A stretch of DNA of 33,322 nt from an uncultured Sphingomonadales bacterium (GTDB lineage: Bacteria > Pseudomonadota > Alphaproteobacteria > Sphingomonadales > Sphingomonadaceae). The position numbers and the translations under genes were made by a program. Shown here piece by piece: positions 8,939-17,953 of the stretch. The notes under the pieces are model-generated. The model was not told the origin of the DNA. It made no database searches and saw only the letters and a program-made list of their open reading frames with translations. The stretch's first letter is position 1, and each line of letters starts with the position of its first letter. Location of the stretch: contig CALDKP010000171.1 in NCBI GenBank assembly GCA_937898535.1, positions 1 to 33,322 on the forward strand. The letters run 5' to 3'.

Positions 8939-9786
8939 TGCGTCGCGGTTGGTGCATTCTGCCTGCATTGGCACTGACCGGATGCGCCAACCAAGGTGCA
9001 ATTGTGCCCGGCGGTATCGTCTCCAACAACCCGTGCATTGACGCCGTGCTGGCGGAAATCGCGTTGCCCGGCCAAGTGACTGCGGTTAGTACTTATTCGC
9101 ATGATCCCGATAGCGCATCTGCGCCTTTGTCATGGTCCATGCGCTATCCCGCCATTGGTGCAAGCGCAGATGAGCTGCTTTTGGCGCGCCCGAAATTGGT
9201 GCTGACCGGCAATCTGGCATCGTCGGGTGCAAATGCCGTGCTGGCGCGCGCCGGGATTAAAACAGTGGCCATCGGTGTAGCGCCGACGATTGCAGAGGAC
9301 ATCGGGCAAATCCGCACGCTGGCGAAAGCCATCGGCAGGGTGGAGGCTGGCGAAACCCTCGTTACGCACATCCAAAATTCACTGCCAAAACCCGCCAACG
9401 CCCAGCCGCCGGTTTCAGCCGTGATCTGGCAAAATGGCGGGTTCGTCGCCGGCAAAGGCACGTTGCAAGACGAACTGTTGCAACGTCACGGATTTCGCAA
9501 TGCTAGCGCCGAATATGGGCTGACGTCATGGGGCATCTTGCCGCTGGAGACCCTCATGCGTAACCCACCGACGGTCATCTTCATGCCCACCAGTGCACAG
9601 GGCGAAGATGCCCGAGCGCTTACCGCCCGGCAAAGGCTGTTGCGGCATTTGGACGGCAAGACGCAGATCGTTGATTTTCCCGACAAGCTTTTATTCTGCG
9701 GCGGTCCGACGATCGTTAAAGTATCCGCGATCTTGTCGAAGACACGGGCATCGCTAACTGCCCACGCAAGTGGAGGTGGCCAATGA
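8938..9786 (+). CDS. btuF: Cobalamin ABC transporter substrate-binding lipoprotein
   Basis: Lipobox LALTGC; SNNPCIDAVL and LFCGGP class III binding-protein motifs; operon position. Confidence 0.82.
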   Translation: MRRGWCILPALALTGCANQGAIVPGGIVSNNPCIDAVLAEIALPGQVTAVSTYSHDPDSASAPLSWSMRYPAIGASADELLLARPKLVLTGNLASSGANAVLARAGIKTVAIGVAPTIAEDIGQIRTLAKAIGRVEAGETLVTHIQNSLPKPANAQPPVSAVIWQNGGFVAGKGTLQDELLQRHGFRNASAEYGLTSWGILPLETLMRNPPTVIFMPTSAQGEDARALTARQRLLRHLDGKTQIVDFPDKLLFCGGPTIVKVSAILSKTRASLTAHASGGGQ

Positions 9787-10748
9787 CAGCGCGTTTCATG
9801 ACGGGTGTTTTGCTGCTGCTCACGCTGGCGGCGTTCCTGCTCTCGCTAATGGCGGGGAAGGTCTGGATTTGGCCGATGTCGTGGGCCGCCAACAATGCCG
9901 ACGGCTGGATTTTCCTTGAGCTTCGCCTGCCCCGCGCGCTTCTCGGGCTTTGCATTGGCGCAGTCCTTGGGCTGTCGGGCGCAGTGTTGCAGGGTTATTT
10001 GCGCAACCCACTGGCCGACCCGACCGTGCTGGGGGTTTCGGCCAGCGCTGCTCTGGGCGGCGTTCTGGCAATCTTCATGGGCATCAACCTTGTGCCCTTT
10101 GGTCTATTCGGCTGCGCCATGATTGGTGCGGTTGCCAGCATCCTTTTGCTGCTGGCGATCGGCCGCGGTGGCGGGCCAATCGGGTTCATATTGGGCGGCA
10201 TGGTGCTGTCTACGCTGGCGGGTGCATTAACGGCCTTTGTCATCAGCATCGCGCCGAACCCATTTGCCGCCAGTGAAATCATTAACTGGCTGATGGGCGC
10301 ACTGACCGACCGGCTGATGGAAGACGTGCTCACTGCGCTGCCGTTCATGGCGATTGGCGCGCTGATGTTGCTGACCACAGGCCGCGCGCTCGATGCGCTA
10401 ACCTTGGGCGAGAATGGCGCCAAAAGCCTTGGTGTCGACCTGTTCCGGTTGCAGTGGCTGATCGTCCTTGGCGTCGGCCTGTCGGTTGGCGCATCCGTCG
10501 CGGTGTCGGGTGTGGTCGGCTTTGTCGGGCTTATCGTCCCGCACCTCATACGCAGCTTTTATGGCGAACAGCCTTCCCGCATTTTGCTGCCTTCTGCCTT
10601 GGGTGGCGCGATTTTAACGCTCACGGCAGACAGCCTCGTGCGTCTCATCCCCGGCCCCGGTGAAATGCGGCTTGGCATTGCCATGGCAGTGCTTGGCGCG
10701 CCGTTCTTCCTGCTGCTGCTTTTACGCTATCGTAAGGGTGCAGCATGA
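9783..10748 (+). CDS. btuC: FecCD/BtuC-family ABC permease
   Basis: LRLPRALL, QGYLRNPLADP, GFVGLIVPH and GAPFF motifs. Confidence 0.9.
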   Translation: MTARFMTGVLLLLTLAAFLLSLMAGKVWIWPMSWAANNADGWIFLELRLPRALLGLCIGAVLGLSGAVLQGYLRNPLADPTVLGVSASAALGGVLAIFMGINLVPFGLFGCAMIGAVASILLLLAIGRGGGPIGFILGGMVLSTLAGALTAFVISIAPNPFAASEIINWLMGALTDRLMEDVLTALPFMAIGALMLLTTGRALDALTLGENGAKSLGVDLFRLQWLIVLGVGLSVGASVAVSGVVGFVGLIVPHLIRSFYGEQPSRILLPSALGGAILTLTADSLVRLIPGPGEMRLGIAMAVLGAPFFLLLLLRYRKGAA

Positions 10749-11521
10749 ACCTGAATGTCCAAAATCTCGGCTTCGCCCATGGCAACGCACCAACGCTTGA
10801 GGGAGTCAGCGCCACGTTTGAAGCGGGCAAATTCAGCGTCATCCTCGGCCCCAATGGTGCAGGCAAATCGACATTGCTGGCCTGCCTTGCGGGCCTGCGA
10901 AAGCCAAACAGCGGCACCGCAAAGCTTGGCGACGAGGATATTACGGCAATGCCCGCAACCAAGCGTGCCAAGCGCATTGGACTGCTGCCGCAAGGTGCGG
11001 AAACGCATTGGGCGATCACGTCCGAAGCGTTGGTTGCGCTTGGCCGCATACCGCACGCGCGCGGCGGAGGGGCATCGGCTGATGACCGCAGGGCCATTGC
11101 CGCCGCGATGCACGCAACCGCAACCGATGGCTTTGCGCACCGACCTATCACCCAATTATCGGGCGGCGAACGCGCGCGCGTCCTGCTGGCGCGCGTGTTG
11201 GCTGGGGAGCCGGAATGGATCCTCGCCGACGAACCATTGGCCAACCTCGACCCCGGCTATCAACTCGACATCCTCGATCTGCTGCGGCAGCAGGCGCGCG
11301 ATGGCCAAGGTGTCGTCGCGGTCCTGCATGATTTGCACCACGCAGTGCGCTTTGCGGACCATGTCGTGCTGCTGCATCAAGGTTCCGTGTTTGCGCAGGG
11401 TACGGTTGATGATGTCATCACCGCGCAAAACCTCGCCACTGTATACGGGATTGACGCGCTGCTTTCCAAAGACGAGGAAGGGGCAACCCAATTGTTGATC
11501 AAAGGCAAGATGCGCTCATGA
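10745..11521 (+). CDS. btuD: ABC transporter ATP-binding protein
   Basis: Walker A GPNGAGKS, signature LSGGE, Walker B ILADEP, H-loop VLHDL. Confidence 0.9.
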   Translation: MNLNVQNLGFAHGNAPTLEGVSATFEAGKFSVILGPNGAGKSTLLACLAGLRKPNSGTAKLGDEDITAMPATKRAKRIGLLPQGAETHWAITSEALVALGRIPHARGGGASADDRRAIAAAMHATATDGFAHRPITQLSGGERARVLLARVLAGEPEWILADEPLANLDPGYQLDILDLLRQQARDGQGVVAVLHDLHHAVRFADHVVLLHQGSVFAQGTVDDVITAQNLATVYGIDALLSKDEEGATQLLIKGKMRS

Positions 11522-12663
11522 AATATGCCCTCCCCATATTCGCCCTGCTTCTTTCGGGATGCGCCACCACGGTCGCGCCGCCGCAGCTTGCTCCAACAAG
11601 CGCGCAGGAGGCGTTACGCCCTTATTATGCCGCGCTGGACGTCAAACTGCCCAAGGCACCGGCCAATCCGGCATTATCTGCGGACACATTAATCACACGT
11701 TTTGCATTTGGCAGTTGCGTCAACGAAAACCGCGACATGAAATTCTGGGACGTGATTGCCGCGCAAAATCCGCAGGCGTTTCTGTTGATCGGCGACAATG
11801 TCTATGGCGATACACGGCCAACAAATGGGGCAGACATCCCGACGCTGGCCGCGAGCTATAAAAAGCTAAACAGCCGCGTTGAATTTGACCGATTCCGGCG
11901 CAGCGTCCCCATGATGACCACATGGGATGACCATGATTATGGCGCCAATGACGCCGGTGGATCCTTCGCGTTCAAGGAATGGGCCGAAAAAGCCTATGAA
12001 ACCTTTTGGGGTGCATCCGACGAAGTGCGCGCCCGCCCCGGTGTATATGAAAGCCGGATCGTCGGTCCGCAGGGCAAGCGGGTTCAGTTCATCATTCTCG
12101 ATGCCCGCTTTTTCCGGTCCGACCTTGCCTCCATGACCTATCGCGATCCAGCGCCTGCGCTTGGCTGGTACATCCCCAATATGGATCCCAAAGCGACCGT
12201 GCTTGGCAGCGCGCAATGGGAATGGTTGGCACAGGAACTGGATAAGCCAGCAGAAGTGCGCTTCATCATTTCATCAACGCAGGTGATAACCGACGCGCAT
12301 AATTTCGAAAGCTGGTCCAATTTCCCCAAAGAGCGCGACCGCCTTTATGCCTTATTGGGTCAAAAGCGCGTCAATAATGCGATATTCCTAACCGGCGACC
12401 GGCATTCAGGCGGCTTTTACAAGACCAATGCACCGGGCCTTTCCAAGCCGCTGTGGGACTTCACGTCCAGCTCGCTGAACCTGGCCTTTGGCAAAGGCGA
12501 CGGCGGTGACCGCGAACCCGATCCAAGCCGAACAGGTGGTTTTTGGGGCATTGCAAACTTTGGTCAAATCGACATTGATTGGGCCGCAAAAAAGGTCGTG
12601 ATGACACTGCGCAAGGATGATGGCAGCGTGATCGAAACGCAGGTTGCTAATGCGATTGATTGA
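11518..12663 (+). CDS. PhoD-family (alkaline phosphatase D) metallophosphoesterase, predicted lipoprotein
   Basis: FGSC, GDNVYGD, WDDHDYGAND, LDARFFRS and LTGDRH motifs. Lipobox LLLSGC; no twin-arginine motif. Confidence 0.9.
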   Translation: MKYALPIFALLLSGCATTVAPPQLAPTSAQEALRPYYAALDVKLPKAPANPALSADTLITRFAFGSCVNENRDMKFWDVIAAQNPQAFLLIGDNVYGDTRPTNGADIPTLAASYKKLNSRVEFDRFRRSVPMMTTWDDHDYGANDAGGSFAFKEWAEKAYETFWGASDEVRARPGVYESRIVGPQGKRVQFIILDARFFRSDLASMTYRDPAPALGWYIPNMDPKATVLGSAQWEWLAQELDKPAEVRFIISSTQVITDAHNFESWSNFPKERDRLYALLGQKRVNNAIFLTGDRHSGGFYKTNAPGLSKPLWDFTSSSLNLAFGKGDGGDREPDPSRTGGFWGIANFGQIDIDWAAKKVVMTLRKDDGSVIETQVANAID

Positions 12664-14194
12664 TCGCTGAATAATCCACGGCCACAACCTTTTCCATCAC
12701 GGCATCGCGAATAGCGACAGCAGTAGCCAGTGGCAGGGCGATCATCTCCATCGTCCCGCCAGCAATGCCGAACCGAACCGACGCAAGCCCCTGCCGCCGC
12801 GACAATGGGCCTTGCGCAATTTCAACGCTTTGCACCTTCACCTGCGGCGCAATCGTTATCTGTTGCCGCCACCAGCCGCGCTTGAGATACAGCTGATGGT
12901 CATCCAGCCCGAAGCGATATTGCCGCCAGTCCAGCCAGAAAAACGCGCCGGGAAGAACCAGTAACAGCAGCAACAATGTCGTGCGGTCAATGGGGGCATT
13001 CGCGAAAATCACCAGCGCAGCCATGGCGGTCAACAGCACGGGCACAATGAACAAAAGCTGCGTCAGCCAATGCTTTGCGGCCCCGCGTTGCATTCGTTCG
13101 TCGCCATCGGGCGCAGCGATTGCGGCGGCTATTGCGATGCGCCACACTTCGTCCAGTGTCGCAAAGGGTGCGGCGACATAGTTGGCCTCTTGTTTACTGT
13201 CCTGCGCGAGACTGACAAATTTCAGGCTGTGCCAGCCATGGCGTTTCCGGAATGGCCCCGTTTGCACAATCGCCGCCTGCACCCGGTGCGTGGGCATGAT
13301 AACGTCCGTGAGTGTAAACAGCCCCCGCCGACGGCGAAACCCCTTGGCGGTCTGGTCCAGCCGGAAACCATGCTCGCGTAAAATCGTGCGCACCACGCCT
13401 GTCGCAACGCCAATGAAAATCAGGCTCGAAATGGCGCCGAAGGCCAAAATGATCTGCGCGAACACACCAACGCCGTTGATCTGGTTAACGCTCACACCGC
13501 GTTCTTCGGCAAGCCCGATCCAATGTTTGAAGTCCCAAAAATCGAACGGCAGCAGGAAATCAAATTGCTGCGCAAGACCGCCGAGCACCGCGAAAATCAC
13601 GAGTGAAAAGGAATAGAGGCCGAAGACAAACACGCGCTTGCCATCCATCGCGAATATCGGGTGTGCGTCGTCTTCAACAGGCGCTGGCACATCCACCGGA
13701 GCAGCGACCGCAATCCCAGCCTTACGCGACCGGATTAACGCCCGCAGCCGGTTCGCCTCCTCCAATGTAACGAAACTCAGTTTCGCATCGTCACCATCGC
13801 CGCCACCGGTTTCAAACTTGACCTCACCCAGCCCCATCATGCGGGCGAGCGGTTTTTGTTCGATGCTGACATCCTGAATACGCTCATAGGGGATGGACCG
13901 TGCTGTCCGGTTCAAAATCCCCTTCTCGACACGGATGTCATGTTCGCCGACGAAATATTGAAACCGCAGCCATGCCAGCCAACGAAAGAACAGGCTGAAT
14001 ATCAGAACAACCGCGATGACGATGGGAATGAGAACCGGATTGTCGGCTTTTCGAACACCGAAGATCGCGGCGACCATCGGAAACACCAACTGCGGAAGGC
14101 CCGAGACAAAGCCCACCAGCAAGCCGCTGATATGCAACCGTTCGCCATCGACTGCGGGCGTCAGCCCGTCCACCGCATCAACGGTTTCGTTCAC
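12647..14194 (-). CDS. YdbT-like membrane protein with bacterial PH domains
   Basis: Repeated TM + 'IPYERIQDVSIEQ'/'KVQSVEIAQGP' bPH_2 units. GTGA-coupled to a YdbS-like gene. Confidence 0.85.
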   Translation of the reverse strand: MNETVDAVDGLTPAVDGERLHISGLLVGFVSGLPQLVFPMVAAIFGVRKADNPVLIPIVIAVVLIFSLFFRWLAWLRFQYFVGEHDIRVEKGILNRTARSIPYERIQDVSIEQKPLARMMGLGEVKFETGGGDGDDAKLSFVTLEEANRLRALIRSRKAGIAVAAPVDVPAPVEDDAHPIFAMDGKRVFVFGLYSFSLVIFAVLGGLAQQFDFLLPFDFWDFKHWIGLAEERGVSVNQINGVGVFAQIILAFGAISSLIFIGVATGVVRTILREHGFRLDQTAKGFRRRRGLFTLTDVIMPTHRVQAAIVQTGPFRKRHGWHSLKFVSLAQDSKQEANYVAAPFATLDEVWRIAIAAAIAAPDGDERMQRGAAKHWLTQLLFIVPVLLTAMAALVIFANAPIDRTTLLLLLLVLPGAFFWLDWRQYRFGLDDHQLYLKRGWWRQQITIAPQVKVQSVEIAQGPLSRRQGLASVRFGIAGGTMEMIALPLATAVAIRDAVMEKVVAVDYSAINQSH

Positions 14195-14664
14195 AAGCTG
14201 TCCTGCCGTATAGCGGCGCGAATGGCCTCACGCATCGCCAGCGCGTCGGCATTGGCCAGACCGGGCAACGCGACCTTGCTGTTGTGGTTGCCCGCCGTGT
14301 GCACCGTCAGCGTGGCGAGGCCGTAGCGCCGGTCAATTGGCCCTTGGTCAACATCGATATGCTGGATGCGCCCGAACGGGACGATGGTATCACGATAAAA
14401 CATGTAACCGCGCACAATGCGCAGCCGGTCGGTGCCCATGTCATAGCCCCAATGCCGATATTTGCGCGCTGGGACGGTGAACGCAACAAAGACATACAAA
14501 AGCAGCATCGGCACAATGAAACTGCCCGGAGGTGCGACGTGCGCAACCTCAAGCACGCCTGCTCCGACGACAAAGGGCAACAATCCAATCGCTGTCGCAA
14601 TGCGTGTCGTGGTCACGAATGCGGGGTCGAGCGGGGTGAGTTCCGTCGCGAGATTTTGTGTCAT
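14191..14664 (-). CDS. YdbS-like bacterial PH-domain membrane protein
   Basis: Two TM segments followed by VPFGRIQHIDVDQGPIDRRYGLATLTVHTAG. Confidence 0.87.
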   Translation of the reverse strand: MTQNLATELTPLDPAFVTTTRIATAIGLLPFVVGAGVLEVAHVAPPGSFIVPMLLLYVFVAFTVPARKYRHWGYDMGTDRLRIVRGYMFYRDTIVPFGRIQHIDVDQGPIDRRYGLATLTVHTAGNHNSKVALPGLANADALAMREAIRAAIRQDSL

Positions 14665-14738
14665 GGCACCGATATGCGCACGCTGTGTTGCGATGGCAAG
14701 ACGGTTAACGATTCACCCCGATAGGGAAAGCTACAGAC

Positions 14739-15737
14739 CTAACGCGCCAGCGCAGTGTTCGCTTCGTCGACCAGCTTGGCAATGATATCAACCACAGGCC
14801 GTTCGACATGGACCATGCCAACCGACTGGCCTGCCATGACCGAGCCATATTCAACATCGCCGTCAATCACCGCGCGGCGCAATGCCCCAGCCCAATATTT
14901 CTCAATCTCAAGCTGCGCCGTTTCCATGTCGATTTCGCCGCGGTCGAGCATCGCGGCAACTTCGACCTGTTTTTTGGTGAATTCCTCAGTGCCCTTATTC
15001 TTCAGGGCGCGGACGGGAATGACCGGCAAGCGTGGATCAATCTGGACGCTGGCAACGGCATCGCGGGCATTGGCACGCAGGAACGCAGCCTTGAAATTGG
15101 GATGGGCGATGCTTTCATGCGCGCAGACGAACCGCGTGCCCAATTGCACACCCGCTGCGCCCATTTCGAGATAGCTTGCAATCGCGCCGCCACGGGCAAT
15201 GCCGCCCGCGACAAAAATGGGCAGCTGATCGCCCAGCTCAGGCAGGATTTCCTGCGCCAAGACGCTCGTTGCCACTGGCCCGATATGCCCGCCTGCCTCA
15301 CTGCCCTCGATAACCAGCGCATCCACGCCGGACCGCGCAAATTTCTTCGCCAGCGTGAGCGCAGGGGCAAAGCAGATAACCTTTGCGCCGAACGCCTTGA
15401 TCGCTTCAATGCTTCCCTTGGGCGGTAATCCGCCCGCGAGTACGACATGGCTCACTTCATATTTCGCGCAAACATCAATCAGTTCCATGATTTGCGGATG
15501 CATGGTGATCAGGTTCACACCGAATGGCTTGGACGTCAGCGCCTTCGTTGCGGCAATTTCCGTATCGAGCAATTCAGGCGACATCGCCCCGCACGCGATC
15601 ACGCCAAACCCGCCAGCGTTGGAAATGGCAGACACAAGGTTCCGTTCCGAAACCCAGGACATAGCGCCACACATAATGGCGACGTCGCAGCCAAGAAATT
15701 CCGTGCCGCGTTGCATGAGGTGTTTGAGTTTGGTCAT
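14739..15737 (-). CDS. Nitronate monooxygenase / FabK-family FMN-dependent oxidoreductase
   Basis: AISNAGGFG, KPFGVN, EGSEAGGHIG, AGGIA, GVQLGTRF and MAGQSVG motifs. Confidence 0.9.
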   Translation of the reverse strand: MTKLKHLMQRGTEFLGCDVAIMCGAMSWVSERNLVSAISNAGGFGVIACGAMSPELLDTEIAATKALTSKPFGVNLITMHPQIMELIDVCAKYEVSHVVLAGGLPPKGSIEAIKAFGAKVICFAPALTLAKKFARSGVDALVIEGSEAGGHIGPVATSVLAQEILPELGDQLPIFVAGGIARGGAIASYLEMGAAGVQLGTRFVCAHESIAHPNFKAAFLRANARDAVASVQIDPRLPVIPVRALKNKGTEEFTKKQVEVAAMLDRGEIDMETAQLEIEKYWAGALRRAVIDGDVEYGSVMAGQSVGMVHVERPVVDIIAKLVDEANTALAR

Positions 15738-15777
15738 AGCGGTCTCTTATCGGTCGCTAGTTTGCAATGAAAGCGGT

Positions 15778-17034
15778 TTACTCAGCGTCCAACCCATAAG
15801 CGGTATGCAGAACGCGCACCGCCAATTCCGTTTCGTCTTCGTCGATCAAAACCGACACCTTGATTTCGGAGGTCGAGATCGCCTGAATGTTGATCTTGCG
15901 GTCGGCCAAGGAGCTGAACATCGTCGACGCAACGCCTGCGTGGCTTTTCATGCCGACGCCGACGACGGAAATCTTGGTCACCTTTGTATCGGGGATCAGG
16001 CGGTTGTAGCCAATCGCGTCGCGCCGGTTTTCCAAAATGTCGGTGCAACGCACAAGGTCGGCTTGCGGGCAGGTGAAGGTCACGTCGGTTTCGCCTTTAT
16101 CGCGGCCAACGTTTTGAATGATCATGTCGACGTTGATATTTGCGTCGGCCAGCGGCGAAAAGATGTTGGCCACTGCGCCGGGACGGTCGGGCACGCGCGT
16201 AAGGGTGATCTTCGCCTCATTCTTGTCGGCGGCAATTCCGGTGATCAGTTGGCGTTCCACTTGATACTTCTCCAATTCTGCGTCGGTCACAATCATCGTG
16301 CCGGGGATACTGTCGGCGTCAGGCGCGCTTTCATCAACGAATGAAGACAGCACTTGCACGCGCACGCCTTCCTTCATCGCAAGGCCAACCGAGCGGGTCT
16401 GCAAAACCTTTGAGCCAACCGATGCCAGTTCAAGCATTTCTTCGTAGGTCACGGCCTTCAGCTTGCGTGCGCGGGCCACGATGCGCGGGTCAGTGGTGTA
16501 AACGCCGTCAACGTCGGTGTAGATATCGCAGCGGTCAGCCTTCACCGCAGCGGCCACGGCAACAGCAGATGTGTCCGAACCCCCGCGGCCCAAGGTGGTG
16601 ATGCGGTTGTCGTCGGTCAGGCCCTGAAATCCGGGGATGACCGCAATGTTGCCAGCCTTCATCGACGCAAGCAGTTCCTCGGTATCGATGGAACCAATGC
16701 GCGCCTTGGCATGGGCGCTGTCGGTATGGATGGGCATTTGCCAGCCCAACCAGCTGCGCGCTTCGCAACCGAGCGCCTGCAACGTTATCGCGAGCAAGCC
16801 TGCGGTAATCTGTTCGCCAGCGGCGACCACCACGTCATATTCGGCTGGATCGTACAGCGCGTTCGCCTCGCGGCAGAAGTTGACGAGCCGGTCGGTATCG
16901 CCCGCCATAGCGGAGACAACGACGGCAACTTCATCGCCGCGTTCTGCCTGACGCTTCACCAATTGCGCGACACGGCGGATACGTTCCGTTCCGGCCATAG
17001 ACGTGCCGCCAAATTTCATTACAATGCGGGCCAT
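15778..17034 (-). CDS. lysC: Aspartate kinase
   Basis: MKFGGTS, VVSAM, TTLGRGGSDTSA, YTDVDGVYTTDPR, and two ACT domains ending STSEIKVS. Confidence 0.97.
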   Translation of the reverse strand: MARIVMKFGGTSMAGTERIRRVAQLVKRQAERGDEVAVVVSAMAGDTDRLVNFCREANALYDPAEYDVVVAAGEQITAGLLAITLQALGCEARSWLGWQMPIHTDSAHAKARIGSIDTEELLASMKAGNIAVIPGFQGLTDDNRITTLGRGGSDTSAVAVAAAVKADRCDIYTDVDGVYTTDPRIVARARKLKAVTYEEMLELASVGSKVLQTRSVGLAMKEGVRVQVLSSFVDESAPDADSIPGTMIVTDAELEKYQVERQLITGIAADKNEAKITLTRVPDRPGAVANIFSPLADANINVDMIIQNVGRDKGETDVTFTCPQADLVRCTDILENRRDAIGYNRLIPDTKVTKISVVGVGMKSHAGVASTMFSSLADRKINIQAISTSEIKVSVLIDEDETELAVRVLHTAYGLDAE

Positions 17035-17088
17035 GAAAACCTTGAAAAGTCGCTATATTACAATCGAGGGCCCTGATAGGGACAGGAT

Positions 17089-17826
17089 ATGACAAACGCA
17101 AGCTCAGCAACGACAATAAACGCTACGGAAGCCGCCCATTTTGGTGGCTTGGCTGCCGAATGGTGGGACCCAAAGGGTTCAAGCGCCATGCTGCACAAGT
17201 TGAATCCCGTGCGGCTTGGCTTCATTCGAGCCGCCGTCGACGCGCATTTTGGTGGTGATGACAAGGCACGCTATCCACTCGTTGGCAAGTCTGCGCTTGA
17301 TGTTGGCTGCGGTGCGGGGCTGCTGTGTGAGCCACTGGCGCGTATGGGCGCGGAGGTAACGGGCGTAGATGCCGCGCCGGAAAATATTGATGCCGCAACC
17401 GCGCATGCGGCGCTGTCGGGACTACCGATCACGTATCGCGCGGGCGAAATCGCCGCACAAGGACTTGGCCAGTTTGATATCGTCTCATCGATGGAAGTCA
17501 TCGAACATGTGAACGATCCAGCGGTGTTCATCGGCGAGCTGAAACGCCACATGAAACCCGATGGCTTGTTATTGCTATCCACGCCAAACCGCACACCCGC
17601 CTCGCGTATTTTCCTCGTTGAGGCCGCCGAGCGGCTTGGACAAGTCCCGCGCGGCACGCATGATTGGGACAAGTTCCTGACGCCCGATGAATTGACGTCA
17701 ATTCTCAACGAAGCGGGAATTGAGATTGTCGACATGCAGGGCATTGCGTTTTCGCCCATGTCCGGACTGCATTTAAGCAGCAATATGGCGTTGAACTACA
17801 TTTTGTCCGCGCGGTTGCGGAACTGA
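17089..17826 (+). CDS. ubiG: Ubiquinone biosynthesis O-methyltransferase
   Basis: WWDPKG, LHKLNPVR, LDVGCGAGLL, MEVIEHV and PRGTHDW motifs. Divergent from lysC. Confidence 0.96.
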   Translation: MTNASSATTINATEAAHFGGLAAEWWDPKGSSAMLHKLNPVRLGFIRAAVDAHFGGDDKARYPLVGKSALDVGCGAGLLCEPLARMGAEVTGVDAAPENIDAATAHAALSGLPITYRAGEIAAQGLGQFDIVSSMEVIEHVNDPAVFIGELKRHMKPDGLLLLSTPNRTPASRIFLVEAAERLGQVPRGTHDWDKFLTPDELTSILNEAGIEIVDMQGIAFSPMSGLHLSSNMALNYILSARLRN

Positions 17827-17837
17827 GCCCTACTCAC

Positions 17838-17920
17838 ATCGTCACCCTGAACTCGTTTCAGGGTCTTACTTCGTGCGCCCCAAAGAAAGTAAGATGCTGA
17901 AACAAGTTCAGCATGACGAT
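17838..17920. repeat. Inverted pair of CGTC-type REP palindromes (REPIN-like) between convergent ubiG and dnaB
   Basis: Arms 17838-17871 and 17887-17920 are 34-nt inverted repeats with 5 mismatches. Each arm has its own hairpin (ACCCTGAA/TTCAGGGT and ATGCTGAA/TTCAGCAT). Confidence 0.85.
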
Positions 17921-17953
17921 TTAGGGATTAGCGTGAAGACTTTGGCCTAAGCC

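Noticed and set aside
17838-17920. Possible mini-CRISPR array
   Set aside because: Only two units, inverted rather than direct, and no cas genes. It fits a REP doublet.
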